A stretch of DNA of 64,000 nucleotides. It comes from an uncultured Trueperaceae bacterium. Its GTDB lineage: Bacteria > Deinococcota > Deinococci > Deinococcales > Trueperaceae. The stretch spans positions 1-64,000 of the forward strand of contig CAVSGP010000006.1 in the NCBI GenBank assembly GCA_963727505.1, written 5' to 3'. This document shows, in pieces, positions 34,991 through 46,290 of the stretch. Positions within the stretch are counted from its first letter, which is position 1, and every line of letters starts with the position of its first letter. The notes under the pieces were generated by a model. The model made no database searches. It was not told the DNA's origin and saw only the letters and a program-made list of their open reading frames with translations. The translations under genes were made by a program, and so were the position numbers.

Positions 34991-36592
34991 TCAGTCGCCC
35001 GCTCCGACGATCACGGGCTCGCGGAGCGCGTCCGCGGGCACGTAGGCTTCGGCGCCGTGCTCGGCGACGTCGAGGCCGCCGATCTCCTCGTGGGGGCCGA
35101 CGCGGATGCCGACGGTGGCCTTGAGGACCGTCCACAGCAGCGCGACCGAGCCGAACGCCAGGGCGCTGATGACGACGGTTCCGAGGATCTGGATGAGCAC
35201 GAAGTGCACACCGCCACCGGCGAAGAGGCCGTTGGCGCCGAGCGTCGGAAGGCCGAACAGGCCCAGGGAGACGGTGCCCCAGATGCCGGCAACGCCGTGG
35301 ACCGAGACGGCACCGACGGGGTCGTCGACGCCCAGAGCGTCGACCACCGGGATGGCCAGCACCACGATCACGCCGGCCACGAGCCCGATGGCGATGGCCG
35401 CGGGGGGGCTGACGAAGGCGCAGGGTGCTGTGATGGCGACGAGACCGGCGAGGAGGCCGTTCATGGTCATCGAGAAGTCGGGCTTGCCGAAGCGCATCCA
35501 CGACACGACCATCGAGGCCACACCGGCGGCGGCCGCGGCGATGTTGGTCGTCAGGAAGATCCGGGCGACCAGGCCGGGGTCGCCGACGATGCCCATGGTG
35601 GAGCCGGGGTTGAACCCGAACCAGCCGAGCCACAGGATGAACACGCCCAGCGCGACGAAGGTCATGTTGTGGCCCGGCATGGCGGTGACCCTGCCGTTCT
35701 GGTAACGCCCGATGCGCGGTCCCAGCACCGCGGCGGCGCCGAGCGCGGCGAACCCGCCGACGGCGTGCACCACCGTCGAGCCGGCGAAGTCGAGGAAACC
35801 CAGCTGGGCGAGCCAGCCGCCACCCCAGACCCAGTGGCCGAGGATGCTGTAGATGAAGGTGGTCATCACGACCGAGAAGATCAGGTAGGCCGGGAACTTC
35901 ACCCGGCCCCCGATCGCCCCCGAAACGATGGTCGCGGCTGTGCCGGCGAACACGAGCTGGAAGAAGAACTTGGCGAAGAGCGGGACGCCGGTCCACGACA
36001 GCGATTCGAAGATGCCCTTGTAGGCGCTGCCGGTCAGTGGGCTGAGGTCGGGGCCGCTCAGGAACCAGCCGTGGAGCCCCAGCAACCCGGTGCCGTTGCC
36101 GAACATGAAGGCGAACCCGAAGGCCCAGAAGGCGATCGACGCCACCATGAAGTCCGAGGCGTTCTTCATCAGGATGTTGACGACGTTCTTGGCGCTCTGC
36201 AATCCCGCCTCGACCAGGGCGAAGCCGGCCTGCATGAAGAACACCAGCGCGCCGGCGATCAGGACCCAGAGGGTGTCGACCGCGACGGTGACCTTGGCGG
36301 TGGCGTCGGCGGACTGAGCGCCGGCAAGGCCCGCGATGAGGAGGGCGCCAACGACGGGGACGGTGCGGCGGAGCCACGCGGCGTGCGTACGCGCGCTGGT
36401 GCGGGCGCGAGCCTGCGGACGCGGCGATCGCTGGGCGTTGCGGCGCTGGGCGGGGCGGGTGCGGCCGCCGTGGGCGTCGTCGATCCGGAAGGGCGCCGAC
36501 GCGGCTGCGGCCGGCGTTCCGGGCGCGGCCGGGGCCGCGCCTTCGACGGGACCGGCAGCGGGCGGCGTGGCTGTCGGGGTGCGGGACTTCAT
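34991..36592 (-). CDS. amtB: Ammonium transporter Amt (copy 2) with a long low-complexity N-terminus
   Basis: FFMQAGFALVEAG, FQLVFAGTAATIVSGA, DFAGSTVVH, GWFGFNPGS, DDPVGAVSVHG. Confidence 0.95.
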   Translation of the reverse strand: MKSRTPTATPPAAGPVEGAAPAAPGTPAAAASAPFRIDDAHGGRTRPAQRRNAQRSPRPQARARTSARTHAAWLRRTVPVVGALLIAGLAGAQSADATAKVTVAVDTLWVLIAGALVFFMQAGFALVEAGLQSAKNVVNILMKNASDFMVASIAFWAFGFAFMFGNGTGLLGLHGWFLSGPDLSPLTGSAYKGIFESLSWTGVPLFAKFFFQLVFAGTAATIVSGAIGGRVKFPAYLIFSVVMTTFIYSILGHWVWGGGWLAQLGFLDFAGSTVVHAVGGFAALGAAAVLGPRIGRYQNGRVTAMPGHNMTFVALGVFILWLGWFGFNPGSTMGIVGDPGLVARIFLTTNIAAAAAGVASMVVSWMRFGKPDFSMTMNGLLAGLVAITAPCAFVSPPAAIAIGLVAGVIVVLAIPVVDALGVDDPVGAVSVHGVAGIWGTVSLGLFGLPTLGANGLFAGGGVHFVLIQILGTVVISALAFGSVALLWTVLKATVGIRVGPHEEIGGLDVAEHGAEAYVPADALREPVIVGAGD

Positions 36593-36769
36593 CGTCACCT
36601 CCATGGGTGGTGCGCTACCGCGCGGGGCCGGATCGGGTGTCACGCGACGCATTGGGTCGCAAGAGGCGTGCGAGCGCGGCACGCGATCGGGCTCTTCTCG
36701 GCGGGCGCTCGGCCCGGCCGTCGTCCGACCGGCGACCCCTGGGTGGGGAAACGCGGCCGGACTTGGCCA

Positions 36770-36798
36770 AGCATAGGTGCAAATTTGCACGGTGTCAA
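36770..36798 (-). promoter_or_regulatory. Promoter of amt2-glnK2 with a palindromic operator in the spacer
   Basis: TTGACA-17 bp-TATGCT; the spacer holds the perfect palindrome GTGCAAATTTGCAC (36777-36790). Confidence 0.75.
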
Positions 36799-37084
36799 GC
36801 AAGAAGTTGCAGGATGTAATGTCACATTGCGCGTGACGATGAGCACAGAAAGACCCATTATGCGATGCAAAGAGGGGGGCGGGAACGTGCTGAGTGTAAA
36901 AGAAAGGATGTACGCCGAGGTCATCAGACGAACGCCGCCGAACGTCCCGCGGCCCGACCGGGCGCATCGCACTTCGATCGCGGGTCGAACGAGGGCCGGG
37001 AGCCCGAACACGACCGCGGCCGCCTCGCGAACGAGGCGGCCGGAAGGTTTCAACGCAACGTGCGGTCGGCTCAGGCCGGTCTCG

Positions 37085-38158
37085 TCACAGCTCCTGCAAC
37101 AAGATGCGGCTCTCGTCGCCGACGATGAGCCGGTGCGTGCTGGGGCGTCCGTCGTGCCCCTCGACGCGGACGTCCTCGCCGATGAGGCTGCCCTGGATGC
37201 GAGGGCCCACGCCCTGGATGATCGAGCGGGCGCCGACCACGGCGTACTCGATCTCGGCGTTCACGACGTGGACGCCGTCTCCGATCGAGGTGAAGGGTCC
37301 CAGGTAGGCGTTCTCGACGTGGGCACCGCGCCCGATGATCGCCGGGCCGAAGATGGTCGTGTCACGGACGACCGCGCCCTCCTCGACGACCACCTCACCC
37401 ACCAGCTTGGCGTTCTCGACCTCGCCGCGCACGGACCCCTTCAGGCGCATGAGCTGGAGCCGATTGGCGTCGAGGATGTCGTCGGGATTGCCGGTGTCCT
37501 TCCACCAGCCCTCCACCTCGACCGGGGACACGGTGTAGCCCGCGCTGATGAGCATCTGGATGGCGTCGGTGATCTGATACTCGCCCTTGGCCCCGGGCTC
37601 GAGGTCTTCGATCATGTCGTGGATGTGCTTGTCGAAGACGTAGACGCCGGCGATGGCCAGCGTGCTGGGCGGGTCCTGGGGCTTCTCCACCAGGCGCGTG
37701 ATGCGCCCGTTCTCCACCACCGCCACCCCGAGCGAGCGGGCGGCCTCCAGCGACACCGGCACCAGCGCGCACACGGCGTTCGTGCTCTGGTCGGGGTCGA
37801 AGGCACGCACGAAGCTGGCGATGCCGTGCTCGAAGAGGTTGTCGGAGAGGTACATCACGAACGGATCGTCGGCGAGGAACTCCCGCGCGACCTTCACGGC
37901 GTGCGCCAGCCCCTGCGGCGGGTTCTGCAGGATGTACGTGAAGCGCGCGCCGCGGTACCCGGCCAGCGTCTCCTTGATGCTCTCGACCGTCAGGTAGCTG
38001 ACGACCACACCGATATCGGTCACGCCGGCCTCGACGAGGTTGTCCACGGCGTAGTGGATGAGCGGTTTGTTCGCCACGCTGATCGTCGGCTTGGGGCGGA
38101 GGCTGGTGATCGGCCGCAGGCGCGTCCCCAGGCCCGCAGCGAGGATGAGTCCCTTCAT
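37085..38158 (-). CDS. rmlA: Glucose-1-phosphate thymidylyltransferase (long form)
   Basis: MKGLILAAGLGTRLRPIT...PK, VEKP, GEYQITDAI, WWKDTG. Confidence 0.88.
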   Translation of the reverse strand: MKGLILAAGLGTRLRPITSLRPKPTISVANKPLIHYAVDNLVEAGVTDIGVVVSYLTVESIKETLAGYRGARFTYILQNPPQGLAHAVKVAREFLADDPFVMYLSDNLFEHGIASFVRAFDPDQSTNAVCALVPVSLEAARSLGVAVVENGRITRLVEKPQDPPSTLAIAGVYVFDKHIHDMIEDLEPGAKGEYQITDAIQMLISAGYTVSPVEVEGWWKDTGNPDDILDANRLQLMRLKGSVRGEVENAKLVGEVVVEEGAVVRDTTIFGPAIIGRGAHVENAYLGPFTSIGDGVHVVNAEIEYAVVGARSIIQGVGPRIQGSLIGEDVRVEGHDGRPSTHRLIVGDESRILLQEL

Positions 38159-38382
38159 GACGGTTCCTCTCTCATGACGGTCGATGGTACCGCAGGCGGC
38201 GGCGGAGCGCCGTACGGCCCGCGCCCGGCCTCGACACGTGTGAACGCCGGTCGCGGCGCGGCGTTCACACGCGTCCGTTCGCGTCCGCATGCCGCCCGCC
38301 GCGTCGCGGCGCCGCAGCCGCCATTGTCGTTGCGAGCACGGCGGCCGCGGTACGAGCGGCGCGCCTTCGCTAGCATGGGAGC

Positions 38383-40260
38383 GTGGCCGTTCGCGTCGTC
38401 ACGCCTCCGCCCGATTCCGGTCGGGTCGTTCTGGGCCGCACCCTCCCCTCGCTGCTCGACGAGGCTGCCGAGAAGCGCCCGAACGCGCGCGCGCTGAACC
38501 AGCGCGTGGAGGCCGGATGGCAACCGCTCTCCACCGAAGCGTTCCGGCAGCGCGCCGAGGCACTGGCGCTCGGGCTGCGCGCGCAGGGGCTCGAGCGCGG
38601 CGATCGGGTGGCCTTCTTCACCCACAGCGACGTCTCCTTCGTGGTCGGAGACATGGCGTGTTTGCTGGCCGGGCTGGTCACGGTCCCGATCTACCTGACG
38701 CACGCCGAAGGGGCGGTGCGCCACATCCTCGGGGAGTCCGGCGCCCGCGCGCTGCTCGTCTCGAACCCGGAGCTGCTCGAGCGCTTGAGCGGCGTGGTGC
38801 CTTCCGCCGAAGCGCTGACGCTGGTGGCGTTGTGGGAGGGCGAGGCGCCCTTCGGGCCCGGCCGAGGCGCCCTGCCGGAGCGTGTCCGGGTGATGAGCTA
38901 CGCCGCCCTGGAAGCGAACGGGGCGGGCGTGCTTGCCGCCGCGCCCGGCGCCGGTCGGGCGCTGCGCGACGCCCTCGACGCCCAGGACGTGGCCACGCTC
39001 ATCTACACCTCCGGCACCACGGGGCTGCCGAAAGGCGTGATGCTCACGCATCAGAACATCTCGTCCAACGTCGTGGCCGCCTTCACCGGACTCCCCACCT
39101 ACCATCCGGGCGAGGCGGAGGTGGTGCTGTCCTTCCTGCCGCTGACGCACATCTTCGCTCGCACGCTGCAGTACGGGGTGATGTGGTACGGCTCGAGTGT
39201 CTACTTCGGCGATCCCTCCCGGGTCGGCGAGGACCTCGTCGAGCTGCGCCCCACCTTCTTCGCCTCCGTCCCGCGGGTGTTGGAGAAGGCCTACGAGCGC
39301 ATCCAGGCGGCGGGTGCGGCCCTGGGTGGCGTGCGCGGCGGGTTGTTCGCCTGGGCCCTGGCCCGGGCGCGCGCGTTCGACGTCGAGCAGCCGCCGACCG
39401 GCCCGGCGGCGCTGGCGCACGCCCTGGCCGACCGGCTCGTCTACCGGCGCTGGCGGGAGGCGCTGGGCGGGCGGTTGAGGACCGTCATCGTGGGCGGCGC
39501 GGCGCTGCGCGCCGAGCTCGCCACCGTCTTCGGTGCTGCCGGGATCGACGTGCTACAGGGCTACGGTCTGACGGAGACCAGCCCCGTTGTCGCCTTCAAC
39601 CGTCCCGGGATCAACCGGCCCGGGACCGTAGGCGTGCCGCTGGCGGGCACGGAGGTAGGCGTGTCCGACGAGGGTGAGGTGCTGGCGCGCGGCCCGCACA
39701 TCATGAAGGGCTACTACCTGCGGGACGACCTCACCGCCGAGGTGATCGACGCCGACGGCTGGTTCCACACCGGCGATCTCGGCGCCGTCGAAGACGCGGG
39801 GTTCGTGCGCATCACCGGGCGCATCAAGCACCTGTTCAAGCTCTCGACCGGCAAGTACGTGATGCCGCGGCCGATCGAGCAGCAACTCGAGGCGAGCCCG
39901 CTCGTCGACACCGCTCTGGTCGTCGGGGACGGCGAGAAGTTCTGCACCGCCCTCTTGTTCGTGGCGGGCTCCGCGCTCGAGGAGGCGATCGAGCGTCCGC
40001 TCGATGCCTCGGCGCTCGCCGCGCCCGATGTGCAGGGCCGCTACCGCGACCTCGTCGCGGCCGCCAACCGCGACATGCCGCACTGGTCGACGGTGAAGCG
40101 CTTCGCGCTGCTCCTCGACGAGCTGACCATGGAGAGCGGGCACGTCACCCCCAAGCTGAGCGTCCGGCGCGATACCGTTCTGCACGCCTATGCCGGCGTG
40201 ATCGGCGCGCTCTACCGCGGCCATCGGGCGCCGGAGGGGGTGGTGGTGGTGGAGGTCTGA
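38383..40260 (+). CDS. Long-chain fatty acid--CoA ligase
   Basis: IYTSGTTGLPKGVMLTH, FLPLTH, QGYGLTETSP, WFHTGDLG. Confidence 0.93.
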   Translation: MAVRVVTPPPDSGRVVLGRTLPSLLDEAAEKRPNARALNQRVEAGWQPLSTEAFRQRAEALALGLRAQGLERGDRVAFFTHSDVSFVVGDMACLLAGLVTVPIYLTHAEGAVRHILGESGARALLVSNPELLERLSGVVPSAEALTLVALWEGEAPFGPGRGALPERVRVMSYAALEANGAGVLAAAPGAGRALRDALDAQDVATLIYTSGTTGLPKGVMLTHQNISSNVVAAFTGLPTYHPGEAEVVLSFLPLTHIFARTLQYGVMWYGSSVYFGDPSRVGEDLVELRPTFFASVPRVLEKAYERIQAAGAALGGVRGGLFAWALARARAFDVEQPPTGPAALAHALADRLVYRRWREALGGRLRTVIVGGAALRAELATVFGAAGIDVLQGYGLTETSPVVAFNRPGINRPGTVGVPLAGTEVGVSDEGEVLARGPHIMKGYYLRDDLTAEVIDADGWFHTGDLGAVEDAGFVRITGRIKHLFKLSTGKYVMPRPIEQQLEASPLVDTALVVGDGEKFCTALLFVAGSALEEAIERPLDASALAAPDVQGRYRDLVAAANRDMPHWSTVKRFALLLDELTMESGHVTPKLSVRRDTVLHAYAGVIGALYRGHRAPEGVVVVEV

Positions 40261-40266
40261 GCTCGA

Positions 40267-41960
40267 TCAGGCGCTGAGCCGGAGCGTGCCCGACGCCACC
40301 AGGTCGCCGGGCCGCGGCAGCTCCAGGGCTTCCAGCGGCGCGGGGCGGGCGATGAAGTAGCCCTGGGCCTGGTCGCAGCCGATGCGGCGGATGCTGTCGA
40401 GCTGGCCGCGCGTCTCCACTCCTTCGGCGACGACCGTCTTGCCCAGGGCGTGCCCCAGCGACACCACGGCGGCGACGACGTCGTAGGCGCCGTCGAGGGG
40501 GAGCGTGTCGAGGGCCCGGATGAAGACGCGGTCGAGCTTGAGGATGTCCGCCGGGATCTCGCGCAGGTAGGCCAGCGAGGAGTAGCCGACGCCGAAGTCG
40601 TCGATGGCGATGCGCACGCCCAGGGAGCGCAGGCGCGCGAGGTGCCCCAGGGCCGCGTCCCGGTGCCCGAGCAGCGCTTCCTCGGTGAGCTCGATCTCCA
40701 GAAGTTCAGGGGCGAGTCCCGCGCCGTGGAGCGCCGCCAGGACGTCCTCGGCGAATCCGGGTTGGGCCGCGTGGGAGGGCGAGATGTTGACGCTGACCCG
40801 GGGAGGCTCCCCGCTGCCGTCCGTCGCCGTCCAGGCCGCAGCGTCTCGACATGCCGACGCCAGCACCCAGCGGCCAAGGGTCCCCGTCAGCCCGAGCTCC
40901 TCGGCGAGCTCCACGATCGTGGTCGGCGGCACGGCGCCGAGGTCCTCGTGGCGCCAGCGCAGGAGCGCTTCGAGCGCGGCGGTGCGGCCGGTATCGAGGT
41001 CGACGATGGGCTGGTAGACCAGGGTGAACGCGTCGCCCTCGAGCGCGGCGCCCAGATCGCGGCGCAGGCGCATCCGCTGCGCTTCCTCGCGGCCGCCCTC
41101 GCCGAAGAAGCGCACGCCGTTCTTGCCCTGCCACTTGACGCGGTACATGGCGCTGTCGGCGCGACCGACGAGCTCCTCCACCGTTCGGCCGTCCCGCGGG
41201 AAGAAGCTGATGCCGATACTGGCGCGCATCCGGACCGACCCGGTCCCGACGGCGTGCGGCTCGTTCAGCGCGCCGAGCACGTGCTGCGCGACCGTCATGG
41301 CGTCCTCGGGGCTCTTGATCCCCTTCAGGGCGGCGACGAACTCGTCGCCGCCGAGCCGGCCCACCAGGTCGCCGCCGCGGGTGTGCTCGGTCAGCCGCCG
41401 GGCCACGGACTTCAGGATCTCGTCGCCGGCTTCGTGCCCGAGCGTGTCGTTGATGGCCTTGAAGCGGTCCAGGTCGACGAACATGACGCCGATGACGTCG
41501 GCGTCGACGTCGGAGAGCTCGAGCAGCTCCGCGAGCTGCCGGCTGAGCGAGCTCCGGTTCAGGAGTCCCGTGAGGACGTCTCGATCCGCCTGCGCCTGGA
41601 TGGTGGCGTTCTGATGCTCCAACTTGCGGCGCAGATCCCGCAGGTAGCCGATCAGCCCTCCCAGGCCGAGCGCGACCATGAGCGGGACCACGACGTTGCC
41701 GACGGTGGGCGCCATGGCCAGGAACTGCCAGTAGAGCAGCGTGTTGGCAGCCGTCGTCAGGATCGCCAGGACGACGCCGGCACGCGTGCCGCACAGCCAG
41801 GCCGAACCCATCACGATGGCGAAGCTCACGACCGCCACGGTGCTGCCGATGTGTTGGGTGAGGAACGGGAAGCCGACCACGTAGGCCGCCGGGCCGCGGC
41901 GATGACGGCGTACTTGACCGTACGAACTGCGGTGGGCGAGAGGGCCGACGGGGCTGTCAT
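40267..41960 (-). CDS. Membrane-bound GGDEF-EAL protein (apparent 1-bp frameshift near 41892)
   Basis: DLDRFKAIND, GGDEF, EALLRW, DDFGVGYSSL, AEGVE. The upstream ATG 41960 frame (MTAPSALS...KYAVIAAA) joins the main ORF with one added base. Confidence 0.9.
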
Positions 41961-41981
41961 GCGATCACCCTAGCGCCAGCT

Positions 41982-42034
41982 CCCTGACGGCGCTCTGATA
42001 GTTCTCTGACGGGTCTCTGACGGCTCTCTGGCGC
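41982..42034. repeat. Five direct repeats with an exact 11-bp period upstream of the GGDEF-EAL gene
   Basis: CTGACGG/CTGATAG/CTGACGG/CTGACGG/CTGGCGC at 41984, 41995, 42006, 42017, 42028. Confidence 0.85.
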
Positions 42035-42041
42035 GGTTCGG

Positions 42042-42992
<951 letters not shown>

Positions 42993-43026
42993 GCGCGCCT
43001 CCGCTCGTTCCTGGCCGTCCACGGCC

Positions 43027-44079
43027 TCACGGGACCGCCACCTCGCCGTCCGGCTGTTGCTGGGTCACACAGTGGAAGGCGCCCCCGCCCGTGATGAGAT
43101 GGGCGCTCGGAAGGCCGATCACCTCGCGCCCCGGGAACAACGGGCGCAGCGTCGCCAGCGCGCCCGCGTCGTTCTCGTCATCATAGAGGGGGACCGCCAC
43201 GAAGCCGTTGCCGATGTAGAAGTTGGCGTAGCTGGGTGGCAGCCGGGTGCCTGCGAGCTCCATGCGCCGCCGCGGGAGGGGCAGCGGCACGACCTCGTAG
43301 GGAGCGCCGTCGGAGGCGCGCAGCGCCCGCAGCGCTTCCAGGTTGTGTCTTGTCGGTGCGTGGTTGGGGTCCGCCGGGTCCGGCTCAAGGGCGCATACGA
43401 TCGTCCGGTCGTCGGTGAAGCGCACCAGGGTGTCGATGTGGCCGTCGGTGTGGTCGCCCTCCAACGAGCCCTCCAGCCACACCACGTGCTTCACGCCCAG
43501 GCTGCGGTGGAGTACGCCTTCCACGTCGCGCTCGCCGAGCGCCGGGTTGCGCTCGCGCGAGAGAAGGCAGGAGCGCGTGGTCAGGCAGACGCCCTCGCCG
43601 TTCACCTCCAGCGAGCCCCCCTCCATCACGTAGGGCACCTCGAACCGACGCATGCCGAGGCGACGCGCCACCGCTCGGGGGGCGCGATCGTCGTCGTCCC
43701 AGGGCGCGTACTTGCCCCCCCAGGCGTTGAAGCGCCAGTCGGTGAGCGCCACCGTGCCGCGGGCGTCCACCACGAAGATGGGGCCGTTGTCGCGGAACCA
43801 GGCGTCGTTGAGCGGCAACCGGTGGAAGGTGATGCGCTCGAGGGGCGCTCCCAGCGCTCGGAGGCGCCGACGAGCGTCGGCCTCGGCCTCCTCGTCGCGG
43901 ACGTTCACGATCACCGGCTCGAAGCGGGCCACGGTGGCGACCAGCCCCCCCATGTCGCGACGGACGCCGTCCAGCTGACCTTCCCAGAGAACGTCGTCGA
44001 AAGGCCAACTGGTCCAGGTGGCGGCGTGCGGCGTCCACTCGGGGGGCATCGAGAATCCCAGTTCGGCGGGGGTCGGCAT
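43027..44079 (-). CDS. aguA: Agmatine deiminase
   Basis: MPPEWTPH, WFRDNGP, EGGS, DHTDGHID, SYANFY, GGGAFHCVTQQQP. Confidence 0.95.
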   Translation of the reverse strand: MPTPAELGFSMPPEWTPHAATWTSWPFDDVLWEGQLDGVRRDMGGLVATVARFEPVIVNVRDEEAEADARRRLRALGAPLERITFHRLPLNDAWFRDNGPIFVVDARGTVALTDWRFNAWGGKYAPWDDDDRAPRAVARRLGMRRFEVPYVMEGGSLEVNGEGVCLTTRSCLLSRERNPALGERDVEGVLHRSLGVKHVVWLEGSLEGDHTDGHIDTLVRFTDDRTIVCALEPDPADPNHAPTRHNLEALRALRASDGAPYEVVPLPLPRRRMELAGTRLPPSYANFYIGNGFVAVPLYDDENDAGALATLRPLFPGREVIGLPSAHLITGGGAFHCVTQQQPDGEVAVP

Positions 44080-44361
44080 GCTCAACGATGCTATCAGAGC
44101 CGGCCCGGAGGCCCGTCGACGGGCCTCCGGCGGGGCTGGCGCTGCAGCGGATGGGACTTCCGGGCGCTGCGGCTCCCGTGTCGATACGCCTTTCGAGCAC
44201 ACCCCGGACGTGCTAGAGTACGCGCGCTCGACGCTCGTTCGAGCTCGCGACGAGGCGCGCCTGCAAGGCGCCGCGACGATCGCGAGGGCGAGCGGCGAGG
44301 GCGCGGCCGCGGCCGCGCGGCGCAGGGTCCTGCGCCGCCCGCGTGCGCCGGGAGGGCCCGA

Positions 44362-46290
44362 TTGAACCACCCCAGCAAGCCTGCCAAGCCCACCGAGCCG
44401 ATCTTCAAGGTGACGGACGCCGTCGAGCTGTACGGGGTCCGCACCTGGTCCAACGGCTACTTCGACATCTCCGACCAGGGCGAGCTCACCGTCTCGGTAC
44501 GCGAGTCGGGTTCGGTGTCCCTCAAACGCATCGTGGACGACCTTCGCACCTCCGGGCACGCGCTGCCCGTGATCCTGCGCTTCCCGGATGTGCTCGAGGA
44601 TCGTATCGATCGCATCAACACCGCGTTCGCCGACGCCATCGCCGAGGCCGGGTACGAGGGCCGTTACCAGGGCGTGTTCCCGATCAAGGTCAATCAGCGC
44701 CGGGTGGTGGTGGAGACCGTCGCGACCTACGGAGAGAACTACCGGACCGGCCTGGAGGCAGGCAGCAAGGCGGAGCTGGCGCTGGCGCTGGCACAGGAGG
44801 GGCACCCCGAGGCGCTGTTGTGCTGCAACGGCTTCAAGGATGACGACTTCATCCGGCTGGCGCTGTGGGGGCGCAAGCTCGGTCGCAACGTGATCATCAC
44901 GCTCGAGAAGTACTCCGAGCTCGAGCGCGTCTTGCGTATCAGCCGGGAGATGGGCGTGCGGCCGGTGCTGGGCGCGCGCTTCAAGCTACACGCTCGCGGC
45001 AGCGGCCAGTGGGAGGCCTCGGGCGGCGACGACGCCAAGTTCGGCCTCACGTCCGCGGAGCTGCTCAACGTTGCGCGCCGGCTCAAGGAGGAGGGCCTGG
45101 GCGACGCGCTGGAGCTTCTCCACTGCCACGTCGGCAGCCAGCTCACCGACATCCGGCGCATCCGCGTGGCGGTGCGCGAGGCCGCGCAGGCCTACGTCGA
45201 GCTGGCCGAGATGGGGGTAGGCGCCAAGTACCTCGACGTGGGGGGCGGACTGGCGGTCGACTACGACGGCAGCAAGACCACCTTCTACGTCTCGGCCAAC
45301 TACGGTCTGCGCGAGTACGCCGACACGGTCGTCTACACCGTCATGGAGGCCTGCCAGGAGTGGGAAGTGCCGCAGCCCACGCTGGTGACCGAGTCCGGGC
45401 GCGCCCTGACCGCGCACCATGCCGTGCTGGTGCTGCCGGTCATCGATGCCATCGGGCCGACGCGGGATACCCTCGAGCTGCCGGAGCTCGAAGGCGAGGT
45501 GCACTCCCTGATCCGCGACATGCGCGATTCGTTGGAGGACGTCACCGTCAAGACCTATCGAGAGGTCTACAACGAGGCGGTCAGCAACAAGGACACCATG
45601 CACAGCCTCTTCGACCTGGGCTACCTCAGCCTGCTGGAGCGCGCGCACTTCGAGCAGCTCTTCAACCGCATCATGGTGCGCGTGGCGAAGGTCGTGGAGA
45701 ACCTGGAGTACGTACCCGACGAGTTCGAGGCCCTGCCGCGGCACCTCGCCGACAAGTACGTCGTCAACTTCAGCGTCTTCCAGAGCCTCCCCGACCACTG
45801 GGCGATCCACCAGCTCTTCCCGATCATGCCGCTGCACCGGCTCGCCGAGCGCCCCACCCGCAACGCCACGCTGGTCGACATCAGTTGCGACTCCGATGGC
45901 AAGATCGACCGCTTCATCGACCTTCGCGATGTGAAGAGCACCCTGCCCGTTCACGAGTTGCGCCGGGGCGAGCCCTACTACCTGGCCGCTTTCCTGACCG
46001 GCGCCTACCAGGACGTGCTGGCCAACGCGCACAATCTGTTCGGGCGCGTCAGCGAGGCCCACATCCGGCTGGAGGGGGAGGATTACCGGCTCGAACGCTT
46101 CGTCAACGGCCAGAAGGCGCGTCGCGTCATCGAGAACATGGGCTACGAGACGCCGCTGCTGCACGGTGCCATGGCCCGGCTCGCCGGGGAACGGGCCGCG
46201 GCGGGGACGCTCAGCGAGGAGGAGCGCGCCGAGTTGTTGGAGCTCTACGACGCCGAGCTGGTGGGCTACACCTACCTGGAGGCGCTGTGA
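44362..46290 (+). CDS. speA: Biosynthetic arginine decarboxylase
   Basis: VFPIKVNQ, GLEAGSKAEL, DVGGGLAVDYDG, FQSLPDHW, DISCDSDG, GAYQD; TTG start after GGAGG. Confidence 0.96.
   Translation: MNHPSKPAKPTEPIFKVTDAVELYGVRTWSNGYFDISDQGELTVSVRESGSVSLKRIVDDLRTSGHALPVILRFPDVLEDRIDRINTAFADAIAEAGYEGRYQGVFPIKVNQRRVVVETVATYGENYRTGLEAGSKAELALALAQEGHPEALLCCNGFKDDDFIRLALWGRKLGRNVIITLEKYSELERVLRISREMGVRPVLGARFKLHARGSGQWEASGGDDAKFGLTSAELLNVARRLKEEGLGDALELLHCHVGSQLTDIRRIRVAVREAAQAYVELAEMGVGAKYLDVGGGLAVDYDGSKTTFYVSANYGLREYADTVVYTVMEACQEWEVPQPTLVTESGRALTAHHAVLVLPVIDAIGPTRDTLELPELEGEVHSLIRDMRDSLEDVTVKTYREVYNEAVSNKDTMHSLFDLGYLSLLERAHFEQLFNRIMVRVAKVVENLEYVPDEFEALPRHLADKYVVNFSVFQSLPDHWAIHQLFPIMPLHRLAERPTRNATLVDISCDSDGKIDRFIDLRDVKSTLPVHELRRGEPYYLAAFLTGAYQDVLANAHNLFGRVSEAHIRLEGEDYRLERFVNGQKARRVIENMGYETPLLHGAMARLAGERAAAGTLSEEERAELLELYDAELVGYTYLEAL

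Noticed and set aside
36593..36765. Glutamine riboswitch in the amt2 leader
   Set aside because: No recognisable glnA-motif core sequence.
34898..38497. Very long antisense or alternate-frame ORFs (1199 aa here; also the 5' part of 42844-46290, 47975-50521, 56281-59166 and others)
   Set aside because: Shadow ORFs of real genes caused by high GC3 and stop-codon scarcity; they have no motifs of their own.
44222..44305. Guanidine-II riboswitch (two ACGA) near speA/aguA
   Set aside because: The ACGA motifs are not tetraloops closed by G-C stems as that class requires.
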